Notes: a model not told the origin generated them from the letters alone. A stretch of DNA of 60,985 nt from Gaiellaceae bacterium (GCA_036377995.1 DASUXI010000048.1:1-60985); one strand, 5' to 3'; positions 27,810-37,200 are shown, counted from the stretch's first letter. A program made the numbers and translations.

Positions 27810-28639
27810 GCGGGCAGCTCGACCACTGGGCCGAATGGCTCGTCCGGACGCGCTTCGCCGGCTGGTCGGACGACGAGATCAAGGAGGCGCTCGCCGAGCT
27901 CGGTCGCAAGCGGGACCACGTCCTCGACGGTGCCCGGATCGTGTCCGGCGACACGGTCGCCGACATCGGCGCCGGAACCGGCCTTCTCACCCTCGGTGCG
28001 GTCGAGCGCGTCGGCCCTGACGGCGACGTGCTCGCGATCGACATCTCGGTCGATGCTCTCGAGGAGCTGCGCCGGCACGCCCTCGCAGCCAACATCTCCT
28101 ACCTCGTGGGGGGCGCCGAAGTCCTGCCGCTTCCGGACAACTCCTTGGACGCCGTGCTGACGCGCTCGGTTCTGATCTACGTCGTCGACAAGGAGGAGGC
28201 GGCGCGCGAGCTGTTTCGTGTGCTCCGGCCCGGCGGCCGCGCCTCGTTGTTCGAGCCGATCAACAGCGCGAATCTCCGGTTGACGGACGCCCTCGACTTT
28301 TCGCCGCTCGGTGAGCTAGGTGATCGCGTGCGCGCGTGGAATGAAGCGTTCTACGAGACCCCGGACGATCCGATGATCAACTTCGACGAGCGCGACCTCG
28401 AGCACTTCTTCACGGAGGCCGGCTTCGGCGACGTCGGGCTCGAGCTCGGCGCTGACGAGCGGGACGTCGCCGGAGAGCGCTACCTCAATCAGGTCGGCGC
28501 CCCCGGCCGGCCGACGTTGCGCGAGCGGTTGCGGGACCACTTCGAAGCGGTGGACGTCGAGCGCATCGCGGAATTCGTGCGCGGCCGGACGGTGCCTGTG
28601 CGGTTCCCGCACGTCTTCCTGACGGCTACGAAGCCGTGA
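27806..28639 (+). CDS. Class I SAM-dependent methyltransferase embedded in the dcw cluster; start uncertain (proposed CTG 27806, alternative TTG 27734)
   Basis: Motif I VADIGAGTGLL, then VLAIDIS, LDAVLTRSVLIYV and LRPGGRASLFEP. The high-GC3 coding signal begins exactly at the mraY stop. There is no in-frame ATG/GTG/TTG between 27737 and 27940. The stop overlaps the murD GTG (GTGA). Confidence 0.7.
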   Translation: MSGQLDHWAEWLVRTRFAGWSDDEIKEALAELGRKRDHVLDGARIVSGDTVADIGAGTGLLTLGAVERVGPDGDVLAIDISVDALEELRRHALAANISYLVGGAEVLPLPDNSLDAVLTRSVLIYVVDKEEAARELFRVLRPGGRASLFEPINSANLRLTDALDFSPLGELGDRVRAWNEAFYETPDDPMINFDERDLEHFFTEAGFGDVGLELGADERDVAGERYLNQVGAPGRPTLRERLRDHFEAVDVERIAEFVRGRTVPVRFPHVFLTATKP

Positions 28640-29889
28640 GGCTTCCTCGTCGCGCGCTCGTCGTCGGGCTCGCCCGGTCGGGCGAGGCCGCCGCCCTCGC
28701 GCTGGCACGCCGCGGCGTCCCCGTGGTCGGCGTCGACCGCGATCCCGGCCTGGCGGCCGGGAGGCTTGTGTCCGCGGGCGTCGAAGTGCACCTGGGGACA
28801 GAGGAGGAACGGTTGCTTCACGACGTCGAGCTGCTGATCAAGAGCCCGGGGGTGTCCGAGGCTGCGCCTCTGCCGGCCGCTGCGCGCGCACGCGGCATCC
28901 CGGTGTGGAGCGAGGTCGAGCTCGGATTCCGGCTCCTCCGGAACCCGATCGTCGGGGTCACCGGAACGAACGGTAAGACGACGACGAGCGAGCTGCTCGG
29001 GGCGATCTTCCGCGCGGGCGGAGAGCCGGTTGCCGTCGCCGGCAACGTCGGACGGCCGCTCACCGGTCTCGACGGCGAGCTGGCCGAGGACGCGTGGGTC
29101 GTCTGCGAGCTGTCGAGTTTCCAGCTCGAGGACGTGCACCGCTTTCGCCCGCGCATCGCAGTCCTGCTCAACCTCGAGCCGGATCACCTCGACCGTCACG
29201 GCACGTTCGAGTCCTACCGCGCCGCGAAGCTTCGGATCTTCGAGAACCAGACTGAGGCGGACACCGCGGTCGTCCCACACGGCTTCGACTCGATCCCGGG
29301 CGGGGCGCGGCGGGTCGAGTTCTCGGGGGGCGACCGGCTCCCTGCCGAGCCGCTCATCCCGGGCGAGCACAACCGCGAGAACGCGGCCGCCGCGGCCGCC
29401 GCGGCTCGCGCGGCGGGCATCGGGGATAACGCGATCGCGGACGCGCTGAGGACGTTCCCGGGCGTCCCGCACAGGCTCGAGCTGGTCGCGGAGATCGACG
29501 GAGTGAGATACATCAACGACTCGAAGGCGACCAATGCGGCGGCCGCGCGTCGAGGGATCGCCGCCTACCCGGGCACGGTGCTCAGGCTGATCCTCGGCGG
29601 GTCGCTCAAGGGAGAGTCGTTCGACGAGCTCGCGGAGGGCCTGCCGCCGACGGTCCGCTCGATCGACCTGATCGGGGAGGCAACGGAGAGCCTCGCTGCC
29701 GCCCTGGGCCGCGCGGGCCGGACTTACAGGCGTTCGGACGACCTCGCGACCGCCGTCGGAGCGGCAGCCGGTGACGCGGAGCCCGGTGACGTCGTCCTGC
29801 TGTCGCCCGCCTGTGCGAGCTTCGACCAGTTCAGCGACTACGAGGAGCGAGGCGAGACCTTTCGCCGGCTCGTGAAGGATCTCTGGTGA
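28636..29889 (+). CDS. murD: UDP-MurNAc-L-alanine--D-glutamate ligase
   Basis: N-terminal Rossmann VVGLARSGEAAA, GVTGTNGKTTT, NDSKATN. Confidence 0.9.
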   Translation: MRLPRRALVVGLARSGEAAALALARRGVPVVGVDRDPGLAAGRLVSAGVEVHLGTEEERLLHDVELLIKSPGVSEAAPLPAAARARGIPVWSEVELGFRLLRNPIVGVTGTNGKTTTSELLGAIFRAGGEPVAVAGNVGRPLTGLDGELAEDAWVVCELSSFQLEDVHRFRPRIAVLLNLEPDHLDRHGTFESYRAAKLRIFENQTEADTAVVPHGFDSIPGGARRVEFSGGDRLPAEPLIPGEHNRENAAAAAAAARAAGIGDNAIADALRTFPGVPHRLELVAEIDGVRYINDSKATNAAAARRGIAAYPGTVLRLILGGSLKGESFDELAEGLPPTVRSIDLIGEATESLAAALGRAGRTYRRSDDLATAVGAAAGDAEPGDVVLLSPACASFDQFSDYEERGETFRRLVKDLW

Positions 29890-31121
29890 AAAGAGGCCAG
29901 ATCGAGTCACATCTGCTCGTGCTCATCACGCTCGGACTGGTCGCGTTCGGGCTGGTGATGGTCTACAGCGCGACTTCCGCGCCCGCCGCTCTCGCGCGCA
30001 CGGACCCGATGTCGTACCTCAAGAAGCAAGGCATCTACGCGCTGATCGGAATCGGGTTGATGATCGCGGCGGCGCGGTTCGACTACCGGCGCCTGCGGCA
30101 GCTCGCGCCGGGCCTCGTGCTCGTCGCGCTCGGCGGATGCCTCGCCGTCCTCGCGATCGGCTCTCGCATCAACGGCGCCCGCCGCTGGATCGAGCTCGGG
30201 CCGGCGACCTTCCAGCCCTCCGAGCTCGCGAAGCTCGCGCTTGCGGTCTGGGCGGCGGCCTACCTCTGCAAACGCCCGGCGCCGCGGACGCTCAAGGAGC
30301 TCTGGCGTCCCGCCGGCATCCTGCTCGGCGTCTTCTGCCTTCTGATCCTCGCCGAGCCCGATCTCGGCACCGCGATCTCGCTCGTGGTCGTCCTGCTTGC
30401 CGTGCTGCTCGTCTCCGGCACGCCGATGCCGACGCTGGCGGCCGGCACGGGGATACTCACAGCATTCGGCCTGCTCGCGATCTGGTTCGAGCCCTACCGG
30501 CGAGCGCGCGTCTTCAGCTTCCTCGACCCCTGGAAGGATCCGCACGGGGCCGGCTTTCAGACCGTTCAGGCGCTGATCGGCCTCGGCTCGGGCGGCGTGT
30601 TCGGCGTCGGTCTCGGCCACGGCGTGCAGAAGGTCAATTACCTGCCCGAGGCGCACACGGACATGATCATGGCCGTCATCGGCGAGGAGCTCGGGCTGCT
30701 CGGCGTCACGGCGGTGGTGGCTGCGTTCGCGGCCTTCGGCTACGCGGGCTTGAAGCTCGCGCACAGCTGCACCGATCCGTTCGGCAAGCGCCTCGCGGCC
30801 GGGCTCGTCGGGCTTGTCTGCGGCCAGGCCGTGATCAACCTCGCCGCCGTCCTCGGGCTCGCTCCGCTGACGGGAATCCCGCTGCCCTTCATCTCCTACG
30901 GCGGGTCGAGCCTCGTCATCGCGCTCCTCAGCGTCGGCATCCTCCTTAACATCGCCGGGAGTCATGGAGCGCGAGCAAAAGCTGCGGTGCCTGATCGCGG
31001 CCGGGGGGACCGTCGGCCACGTGGCGCCGTCGCTCGCGGTGGCCGAGGCCCTGCAACGGCGGGGCGTGCAGGTGACGTTCGCCGGGTCGCCCGATCGCAT
31101 CGAGGCGCGGCTCGTTCCTGA
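29886..31121 (+). CDS. ftsW: FtsW/SEDS-family peptidoglycan glycosyltransferase with Arg-rich C-terminal extension
   Basis: 10-TM SEDS pattern: SELAKLAL, PDLGT, LPEAHTDMI, GIPLPFISYGGSS. GTGA overlap with murD. The stop comes only at 31119-31121, 158 nt inside murG. Confidence 0.85.
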   Translation: MKRGQIESHLLVLITLGLVAFGLVMVYSATSAPAALARTDPMSYLKKQGIYALIGIGLMIAAARFDYRRLRQLAPGLVLVALGGCLAVLAIGSRINGARRWIELGPATFQPSELAKLALAVWAAAYLCKRPAPRTLKELWRPAGILLGVFCLLILAEPDLGTAISLVVVLLAVLLVSGTPMPTLAAGTGILTAFGLLAIWFEPYRRARVFSFLDPWKDPHGAGFQTVQALIGLGSGGVFGVGLGHGVQKVNYLPEAHTDMIMAVIGEELGLLGVTAVVAAFAAFGYAGLKLAHSCTDPFGKRLAAGLVGLVCGQAVINLAAVLGLAPLTGIPLPFISYGGSSLVIALLSVGILLNIAGSHGARAKAAVPDRGRGDRRPRGAVARGGRGPATAGRAGDVRRVARSHRGAARS

Positions 31122-32031
31122 AGCCGGCTACGAGCTCGACACCTTCGACATCTCCGGCTTGCCTCGTCGTCCCTCGCCGGCCCTTCTCCGCGCGGTGATC
31201 CGGGCGGCCCGGGCTCCGCACGCATGCCGCCGCATCCTCGACGCGCGCCGTCCGGACGTCGTCCTCGGCGGGGGCGGGTACGTCGCCGGCCCGATGGTCT
31301 ACGCCGCCGCACGGCGGCGGATCCCGACGGCGCTGATGGAAGCCGACGCGCATCTCGGTCTGGCGAACCGCCTGGCGGTGCCGTTTGCGCGGCGCGTCTT
31401 CCTCTCCTTCGCGATCGACGGCCGCGGCGAGCCCAAGTATCGCGTGACAGGGAGGCCGATCCCCGCCCGGTCGCAGCCGCTGCCGAAGGCCGAGGGCCGG
31501 AGCCTGTTCGGCCTGCCGCGTGAAGGCCCTGTCCTCCTCGTCTTCGGCGGCTCGCTCGGCGCCCGCGTGCTGAACGACCTTGCGATCGAGTCCTTCGGTG
31601 CGGCAGGCCCCGCCGTCCTGCACCTCTGCGGCACGCGCGACTACGACGAGCTGAAGGAGAAGGTCAGCCGCCCCGACTACCGGTTGTTCGCGTTCACGGA
31701 GGAGTTCGGCGCCGCGCTCGGTGCCTGCGACCTCGCGCTCGCACGCGCGGGAGGCTCTGTTTGGGAGCTCGCGGCAGCCGGGAAGCCGGCGGTGCTCGTC
31801 CCGGGCGAGTTCGCCACCGGCGATCACCAGACGAAGAACGCGCGCTACTTCGAGCACGGCGGCGGCGCGATTGTCGTGACCGAGGCCGAAGTGGGACGCG
31901 CACCCGAGTTGCTCCGCTCGCTCCTCGACGATTCCGCACGGCTTGCCGAGATGTCGCGCGCAATGCGCGCGCTCGCCCGGCCCGGCGCGGCCGATGAGAT
32001 CGCCGAGGAGCTCATTGACCTCGCCTCTTGA
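30964..32031 (+). CDS. murG: UDP-GlcNAc--MurNAc-(pentapeptide)-PP-undecaprenol GlcNAc transferase
   Basis: AAGGTVGHVAPSLAVAEAL at the N-terminus; GGSLGA; ELAAAGKPAVLVP...DHQTKNA. Confidence 0.9.
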   Translation: MEREQKLRCLIAAGGTVGHVAPSLAVAEALQRRGVQVTFAGSPDRIEARLVPEAGYELDTFDISGLPRRPSPALLRAVIRAARAPHACRRILDARRPDVVLGGGGYVAGPMVYAAARRRIPTALMEADAHLGLANRLAVPFARRVFLSFAIDGRGEPKYRVTGRPIPARSQPLPKAEGRSLFGLPREGPVLLVFGGSLGARVLNDLAIESFGAAGPAVLHLCGTRDYDELKEKVSRPDYRLFAFTEEFGAALGACDLALARAGGSVWELAAAGKPAVLVPGEFATGDHQTKNARYFEHGGGAIVVTEAEVGRAPELLRSLLDDSARLAEMSRAMRALARPGAADEIAEELIDLAS

Positions 32032-33196
32032 GGGCCGCCGGCTCTGGATCGCCGGGATCGGCGGCGCCGGGATGAGCGCGTACGCGACGCTGGCGCGCGC
32101 GTGGGGCGCCGAGGTGCGCGGGTGGGACCGTGTGCGCACTCCCTACCTCGACCACCTCGAGGGAGTCGACGTCGAGATCTCGGAAGAGCCTCCCGCGGTG
32201 CCCGATGGGTGGGAGGCGTTCGTCTCGACCGCCTTTGCCGGACGCGTCCCGGGCAAGAGCAGGGCCGAGCTCCTCGCAGAGCTCGTCTCGCTCCGCGACG
32301 CGATCGTCATCTCGGGCGCGCACGGGAAGACGACGACCACGGCCATGGTCGCGTTCTGCCTCCTCCGGCTTGGCCGCGATCCTGCCTGGCTGATCGGCGC
32401 CGAGATCCCTCAGCTCGGCGGCAACGCGGGCACCGGGGTGGGCTGGCTCGTCGTCGAGGGCGACGAGTCCGACCGGACGATCGCTTTCCTCCGGCCGAGG
32501 ATCGCCGTCGTGACGAACGTCGACCACGACCACCATGCGACCTTCGGCTCGCGCGCGGAGGTGGAGGAGCTCTTCGGCGCCTGGCTCGCGGAGATTCCGC
32601 TGCACGTTCTCGGCGACGAGCTCGCGCCCTATGACGGGAAGCTCTCCATCGCCGGTGAGCACAATCGCCGGAACGCGGCCTGCGCGCTCGCCGCGCTCGA
32701 GCTCGCGGGCGTCTCCCGGGCAGAGGCCGAGCCGATGCTCGCGGACTTCACGGGCGCTGCGCGGCGGCTCGAGCACCGGGGGACGGTCCGCGGAGCCGAC
32801 GTGTACGACGACTACGCCCACCATCCGGCCGAGATCACGGCGACGCTGCGGGCGCTTCGCGACCATGGCCGCCTGCTCGTCCTTTTCCAGCCGCACCTCT
32901 ATTCACGGACGCGCCATCTCGCGCGCGGACTGGCGGAGGCACTCGCACTCGCCGATGTCGTCGCGGTCACGGACGTCTACGGCGCGCGCGAGCAGCCGGT
33001 CGCAGGCGTCACGGGCAAGCTCGTGGTCGACCGGCTCGCCGAGCTTCGACCCGGGATGACGCTCGCGTGGACCCCGTCTGTGGAGGACGGCGTCGGCTAT
33101 CTGTCGAGCGTCCTACGCGAAGGTGACCGGGTCATCACGATCGGTGCGGGAGACGTGGACAGGGGGGCGGCGATGCTGTTGGAGGAGGGGCGGTGA
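31994..33196 (+). CDS. murC: UDP-N-acetylmuramate--L-alanine ligase
   Basis: WIAGIGGAGMSAYA, ISGAHGKTTTTAM, DDYAHHPAEI. The start is ATG 31994 or TTG 32015; both overlap the murG 3' end. Confidence 0.85.
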   Translation: MRSPRSSLTSPLEGRRLWIAGIGGAGMSAYATLARAWGAEVRGWDRVRTPYLDHLEGVDVEISEEPPAVPDGWEAFVSTAFAGRVPGKSRAELLAELVSLRDAIVISGAHGKTTTTAMVAFCLLRLGRDPAWLIGAEIPQLGGNAGTGVGWLVVEGDESDRTIAFLRPRIAVVTNVDHDHHATFGSRAEVEELFGAWLAEIPLHVLGDELAPYDGKLSIAGEHNRRNAACALAALELAGVSRAEAEPMLADFTGAARRLEHRGTVRGADVYDDYAHHPAEITATLRALRDHGRLLVLFQPHLYSRTRHLARGLAEALALADVVAVTDVYGAREQPVAGVTGKLVVDRLAELRPGMTLAWTPSVEDGVGYLSSVLREGDRVITIGAGDVDRGAAMLLEEGR

Positions 33197-34077
33197 AGAT
33201 CGAGCACGACATCCTCCTGTCGCGGTTCACGACCCTCGGCACGGGTGGCCCCGCGCGCGTACTCGCCCGGCCGGGCAGTCTCGCCGAGCTCGAGGAGGCT
33301 CTCGCATTCGCGGCGGAGGAGCACCTCCACGTTGCGACCGTCGGTCTCGGGTCGAACCTGCTCGTCGCCGACGAGGGCTTCGACGGGCTCGTCCTCAAGC
33401 TCGGCGGGGAGCTTGCGGAGGCAGAGGTGCAAGGCGAACTCCTGGTGGCGGGCGCCGGGGCGACGAACGCGGTGTGCCTGCACCGCGCCCGGGCGGCGGG
33501 CCTCGGCGGCTTCGAGTTCGCCTGCGCGATTCCGGGGACGACTGGCGGGGGAGTCTGGATGAACGCCGGCGCTTACGGCGGGGACTGGGCGGGGATCCTT
33601 GCGCGGGCGCTCGTCGTCGACGGCGACGGCGCTCACTGGCGGACCCCCGCGGAGCTCGGGCTGAGGTACAGGCGGTCCGCTCTCCGACACGATCAGGTGG
33701 TGGCGCGCGTCGAGTTCCGCCTCACCCCGCGGCCGGTCGACGAGATCAAAGCGAGGATCAGCGAGCTTCAGGCCAGCCGGAAGGCCGCGCAGCCCACGAA
33801 CAAGCGAACGTACGGCAGCGTCTTCAAGAATCCCGACCACGAGCTCACCGCGGGGCGGATGCTCGAGGCCTGCGGGCTCAAGGGATACCGAATCGGGGGC
33901 GCCCAGATCTCCCCTCGGCACGCGAACTTCATCGAGAACGCCGACGGCGCCCGGTCCGCTGATGCGGTTGCGCTGATGGCCGAGGCGCGTCGACGCGCCT
34001 CGGAGAAGTACGGCGTCGAGCTCGAGCACGAGGTCGTCTTTCTGGGGCCGCTCGAGCTGCCGCCGCTCGGCGGGTAG
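33193..34077 (+). CDS. murB: UDP-N-acetylenolpyruvoylglucosamine reductase
   Basis: FTTLGTGGPA, GLGSNLLV, GTTGGGVWMNAGAYG, SVFKNP. GTGA overlap with murC. Confidence 0.9.
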   Translation: MKIEHDILLSRFTTLGTGGPARVLARPGSLAELEEALAFAAEEHLHVATVGLGSNLLVADEGFDGLVLKLGGELAEAEVQGELLVAGAGATNAVCLHRARAAGLGGFEFACAIPGTTGGGVWMNAGAYGGDWAGILARALVVDGDGAHWRTPAELGLRYRRSALRHDQVVARVEFRLTPRPVDEIKARISELQASRKAAQPTNKRTYGSVFKNPDHELTAGRMLEACGLKGYRIGGAQISPRHANFIENADGARSADAVALMAEARRRASEKYGVELEHEVVFLGPLELPPLGG

Positions 34078-34108
34078 GACCGGCGGGCCGCGCGGCGAAG
34101 TCAGCCGT

Positions 34109-34909
34109 GTGGCCGAGCAGGCTCTGCAGCTGCATACGAGGAGGCGCGCCCGTCCGCGTGCGGACCTCGCGCGGTTTCTCCCGTCCGGTCGTTCGATCGT
34201 GGTGGGACTCGGCCTGATCGCCGCCGTCGCGGGAATGTACGCGCTTGCCCGCGGGACGTCGATGTTCGCGGTGGAGCGCATCGATGTGCGTGGGGCGTCG
34301 CCGGCGGTTGCCTCCCAGGTCGAGACACTGCTCCGCGCATACCAGGGGAGGAGCCTCGTCGGGGTCGACGGGGCCTCGGTCGAGCATCGGGTCGGCGGGC
34401 TGTCGACAGTGCGGAGCGCGGTCGTCGACCGCGCGTTCCCGCACACGCTGACCATCCGTGTTCAGCCCGAGATCCCCGTCGCCGTCCTTCGGCGGGGGGG
34501 AGGCTCGTGGCTCGTCTCGGCACGTGGGCGCGTGATCGCTCCGGTCGCGCGCGGAACGCATCGTTCGCTGCCCCGCATCTGGCTGCCTCAGCAGACCGAC
34601 ATCACGGTGGGATCCCTGCTCGGAAACGACCCCGGCGGCCTCGCAGCCCGGTCGCTCTCGACCTTCGTGGGCAGCGGTTTCACGAAAAGGATCTCGTTTG
34701 TCCGCGCGCTTCAGGGCCAGATCACGCTCGGGTTGCGGGGTGGGTTGGAGGTGCTGCTCGGCGCTCCGCTCGACCTTCCCTTGAAGATCGGGATCGTCCG
34801 CGGCCTCCTCCCGACCTTCGCGCCGGTGTCGCAGGGCGGACCGACCTATCTCGACGTGACCGTTCCCGAGCGCCCTGTCGCGGGACGCAACCCTCAAGTC
34901 TCAGGTTGA
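34109..34909 (+). CDS. ftsQ: Cell division protein FtsQ (TM + POTRA)
   Basis: Basic N-terminus, TM helix IVVGLGLIAAVAGMYAL, then POTRA-like VERIDVRG...FPHTLTIRV. Canonical position before ftsZ. Confidence 0.75.
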   Translation: MAEQALQLHTRRRARPRADLARFLPSGRSIVVGLGLIAAVAGMYALARGTSMFAVERIDVRGASPAVASQVETLLRAYQGRSLVGVDGASVEHRVGGLSTVRSAVVDRAFPHTLTIRVQPEIPVAVLRRGGGSWLVSARGRVIAPVARGTHRSLPRIWLPQQTDITVGSLLGNDPGGLAARSLSTFVGSGFTKRISFVRALQGQITLGLRGGLEVLLGAPLDLPLKIGIVRGLLPTFAPVSQGGPTYLDVTVPERPVAGRNPQVSG

Positions 34910-34927
34910 GCTTGATGGTCGCCTGCG

Positions 34928-34956
34928 TTGACACCGAGGGATGTGCAGCGTACCCT
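34928..34956 (+). promoter_or_regulatory. Candidate housekeeping-sigma promoter for ftsZ
   Basis: TTGACA (34928-33), a 17-nt spacer, then TACCCT (34951-56, TAnnnT), lying 69 nt upstream of the ftsZ ATG in the 115-nt ftsQ-ftsZ gap. Confidence 0.4.
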
Positions 34957-35024
34957 GCTGCGCAGAGAGGGCTCGACCGCCCCAACGCTTTACTCCAGCT
35001 TGAGGTCGAGCACGTCGAATCGAC

Positions 35025-36095
35025 ATGAACCAGACCGGTAACTATCTCGCCGTCATCAAGGTGATCGGCATCGGCGGAGGCGGCACGAACGCCGTCAACC
35101 GCATGGTCGACGCCGGGCTCTCCGGCGTCGAGTTCATCGCGGTCAACACCGACGCGCAGGCGCTCTTGATGACGGACGCCGACGTGAAGATCCAGGTCGG
35201 CGCGGACTCGACCCGAGGCCTAGGCGCCGGCGCCGATCCCGCGGTCGGCCTCACGGCGGCCCAGGAGAGCCGCGACGACCTGAAGGACGCGCTCAAGGGC
35301 GCAGACATGATCTTCATCACGGCCGGAGAGGGAGGCGGCACCGGCACCGGCGGAGCGCCCATCGTCGCCGAGCTCGGGCAAGAGCTCGGTGCGCTGACGG
35401 TCGGCGTGGTCACCCGTCCCTTCGCCTTCGAGGGCCGGAAGCGCGCGGACCAGGCCGAGAAGGGCATCGACCAGCTCCGCGATCGCGTCGACACGCTGAT
35501 CGTCATCGAGAACGACCGCTTGTTACAGGTCGTCGAGCGGCAGACATCGGTCGTGGATGCTTTCCGGATGGCGGACGACATCCTCCGCCAGGGCGTCCAG
35601 GGGATCACCGACCTGATCACCGAGCCGGGGCTGGTCAACCTCGATTTCGCCGACGTCCGGACGATCATGCGTGACGCCGGCTCGGCGCTGATGGGAATCG
35701 GCAGCGCGTCCGGAGAGAATCGGGCCGCTGAGGCTGCGCGGACCGCGGTCTCGTCCCCGCTGCTCGAGGCCTCGATCGAAGGGGCGACCGGGATCCTGCT
35801 CAACGTCACCGGGGGCTCCGCGATCGGGCTCTTCGAAGTCAACGAGGCCGCGGAGGTCGTGACGGGCGCAGCAGACCAGAACGCGAACGTCATCTTCGGC
35901 GCAGTCATCGACGATGCGATGGGAGAAGAGGTCAAGGTCACCGTGATCGCGACGGGCTTCGGGGGCAAGGCCGGCCGGCGCCGCCGGCGCGACAAGACGG
36001 AGCACGAGGCACCGCTGCCCGCCCTTGCCGCGAGCGAGGAGTTCGAGGTCTCGCCGGACACCCTCGACGTGCCCTCGTTCCTGCGCGACGACTGA
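35025..36095 (+). CDS. ftsZ: Cell division GTPase FtsZ
   Basis: [26 protein letters not shown], and the C-terminal peptide [10 protein letters not shown]. Confidence 0.97.
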   Translation: MNQTGNYLAVIKVIGIGGGGTNAVNRMVDAGLSGVEFIAVNTDAQALLMTDADVKIQVGADSTRGLGAGADPAVGLTAAQESRDDLKDALKGADMIFITAGEGGGTGTGGAPIVAELGQELGALTVGVVTRPFAFEGRKRADQAEKGIDQLRDRVDTLIVIENDRLLQVVERQTSVVDAFRMADDILRQGVQGITDLITEPGLVNLDFADVRTIMRDAGSALMGIGSASGENRAAEAARTAVSSPLLEASIEGATGILLNVTGGSAIGLFEVNEAAEVVTGAADQNANVIFGAVIDDAMGEEVKVTVIATGFGGKAGRRRRRDKTEHEAPLPALAASEEFEVSPDTLDVPSFLRDD

Positions 36096-36141
36096 CCGAG
36101 CCGCCGCCGCGCCGTTCGGCGCTGGTTAGCATCGTCGGGGC

Positions 36142-37194
36142 ATGGCCCGGACGCTGCAGCTCACGCCGCTCCACGATCGACACGTCGCCCTCGGCGCACG
36201 CATGGTGCCGTTCGCCGGCTGGGACATGCCCGTCCAGTACGAGGGGGTGATCCCCGAGCACAAGGCGGTTCGAGCCGACTGCGGTGTGTTCGACGTCTCG
36301 CACATGGGCGAGTTCGAGGTCGAGGGCCCGCGCGCCACCGAGCTGCTCCAGTCCGCGCTCTCCAACGACCTCGAGAAGATCGGGCCGGGGCAGGCCCAGT
36401 ACACGCTCCTGACGAACGACCGCGGCGGGATCCTCGACGACCTGATCGTCTATCGCCTCGGCGACTTCCGTTACCTGTTGATCGTGAATGCCGCGAACCG
36501 CGAGCCGGACTTCCGCTGGCTGAAGAGCCGGGAGCTACCGGGGTCGGACGTGCGCGACGTCTCCGACGAGTACGCGCTCCTCGCCGTCCAGGGACCGCGG
36601 GCGATCGAGCGGCTCGGCCTGCCGGAGGCGAAGCCGTTCACGTTCGCGGAGGCGGAGATCGACGGCATCGAGTGCATGGCGAACCGCACGGGCTACACCG
36701 GCGAGAAAGGCTGCGAGCTGCTCGTCATGGCCGAGGACGCCGGCGCGCTGTGGGACCGGGTGCTCGAGCGCGGCGCCGTGCCCTGCGGGCTCGGCGCCCG
36801 CGACACGCTGCGGCTCGAGGCGTGCTTCCCGCTGCACGGAAACGACATCACCGGGGACACCGATGCGATCTCGGCCGGGCTCGCCTGGTGCTGCGCGCTC
36901 GACAAGGACTTCACCGGCGCCGGGAGGCTCCGGGAGATCAAGGGCAGCGGGCCGGAGAGGAGGCTCGTCCCCTTCGTCATGGACGACAAGGCGGTGCCGC
37001 GCCAGGGGATGGCGATCGCGGGCGGAGGAGAAGTGACCTCCGGAACGCACTCGCCCATGCTCGACCGCGGCATCGGGCTCGGCTACGTGCCGGCGAACGC
37101 GTCCACCATCGGGACCGGCCTGACGATCGACGTCCGGGGGCGCGAGCGGCGCGGGCACGTCGTCAAGCGACCGATCTACGAGCGAGAGGAGTAG
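36142..37194 (+). CDS. gcvT: Glycine cleavage system aminomethyltransferase (T protein)
   Basis: TPLHDRHVALGARMVPFAGWDMPVQY, FDVSHMGE, GYTGEKGCEL. Confidence 0.93.
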   Translation: MARTLQLTPLHDRHVALGARMVPFAGWDMPVQYEGVIPEHKAVRADCGVFDVSHMGEFEVEGPRATELLQSALSNDLEKIGPGQAQYTLLTNDRGGILDDLIVYRLGDFRYLLIVNAANREPDFRWLKSRELPGSDVRDVSDEYALLAVQGPRAIERLGLPEAKPFTFAEAEIDGIECMANRTGYTGEKGCELLVMAEDAGALWDRVLERGAVPCGLGARDTLRLEACFPLHGNDITGDTDAISAGLAWCCALDKDFTGAGRLREIKGSGPERRLVPFVMDDKAVPRQGMAIAGGGEVTSGTHSPMLDRGIGLGYVPANASTIGTGLTIDVRGRERRGHVVKRPIYEREE

Positions 37195-37200
37195 GCGAAG

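Noticed and set aside
36096-36141. Glycine riboswitch upstream of gcvT.
   Set aside because: The gap is only 46 nt and lacks the conserved aptamer elements. It is too short for even a single glycine aptamer.
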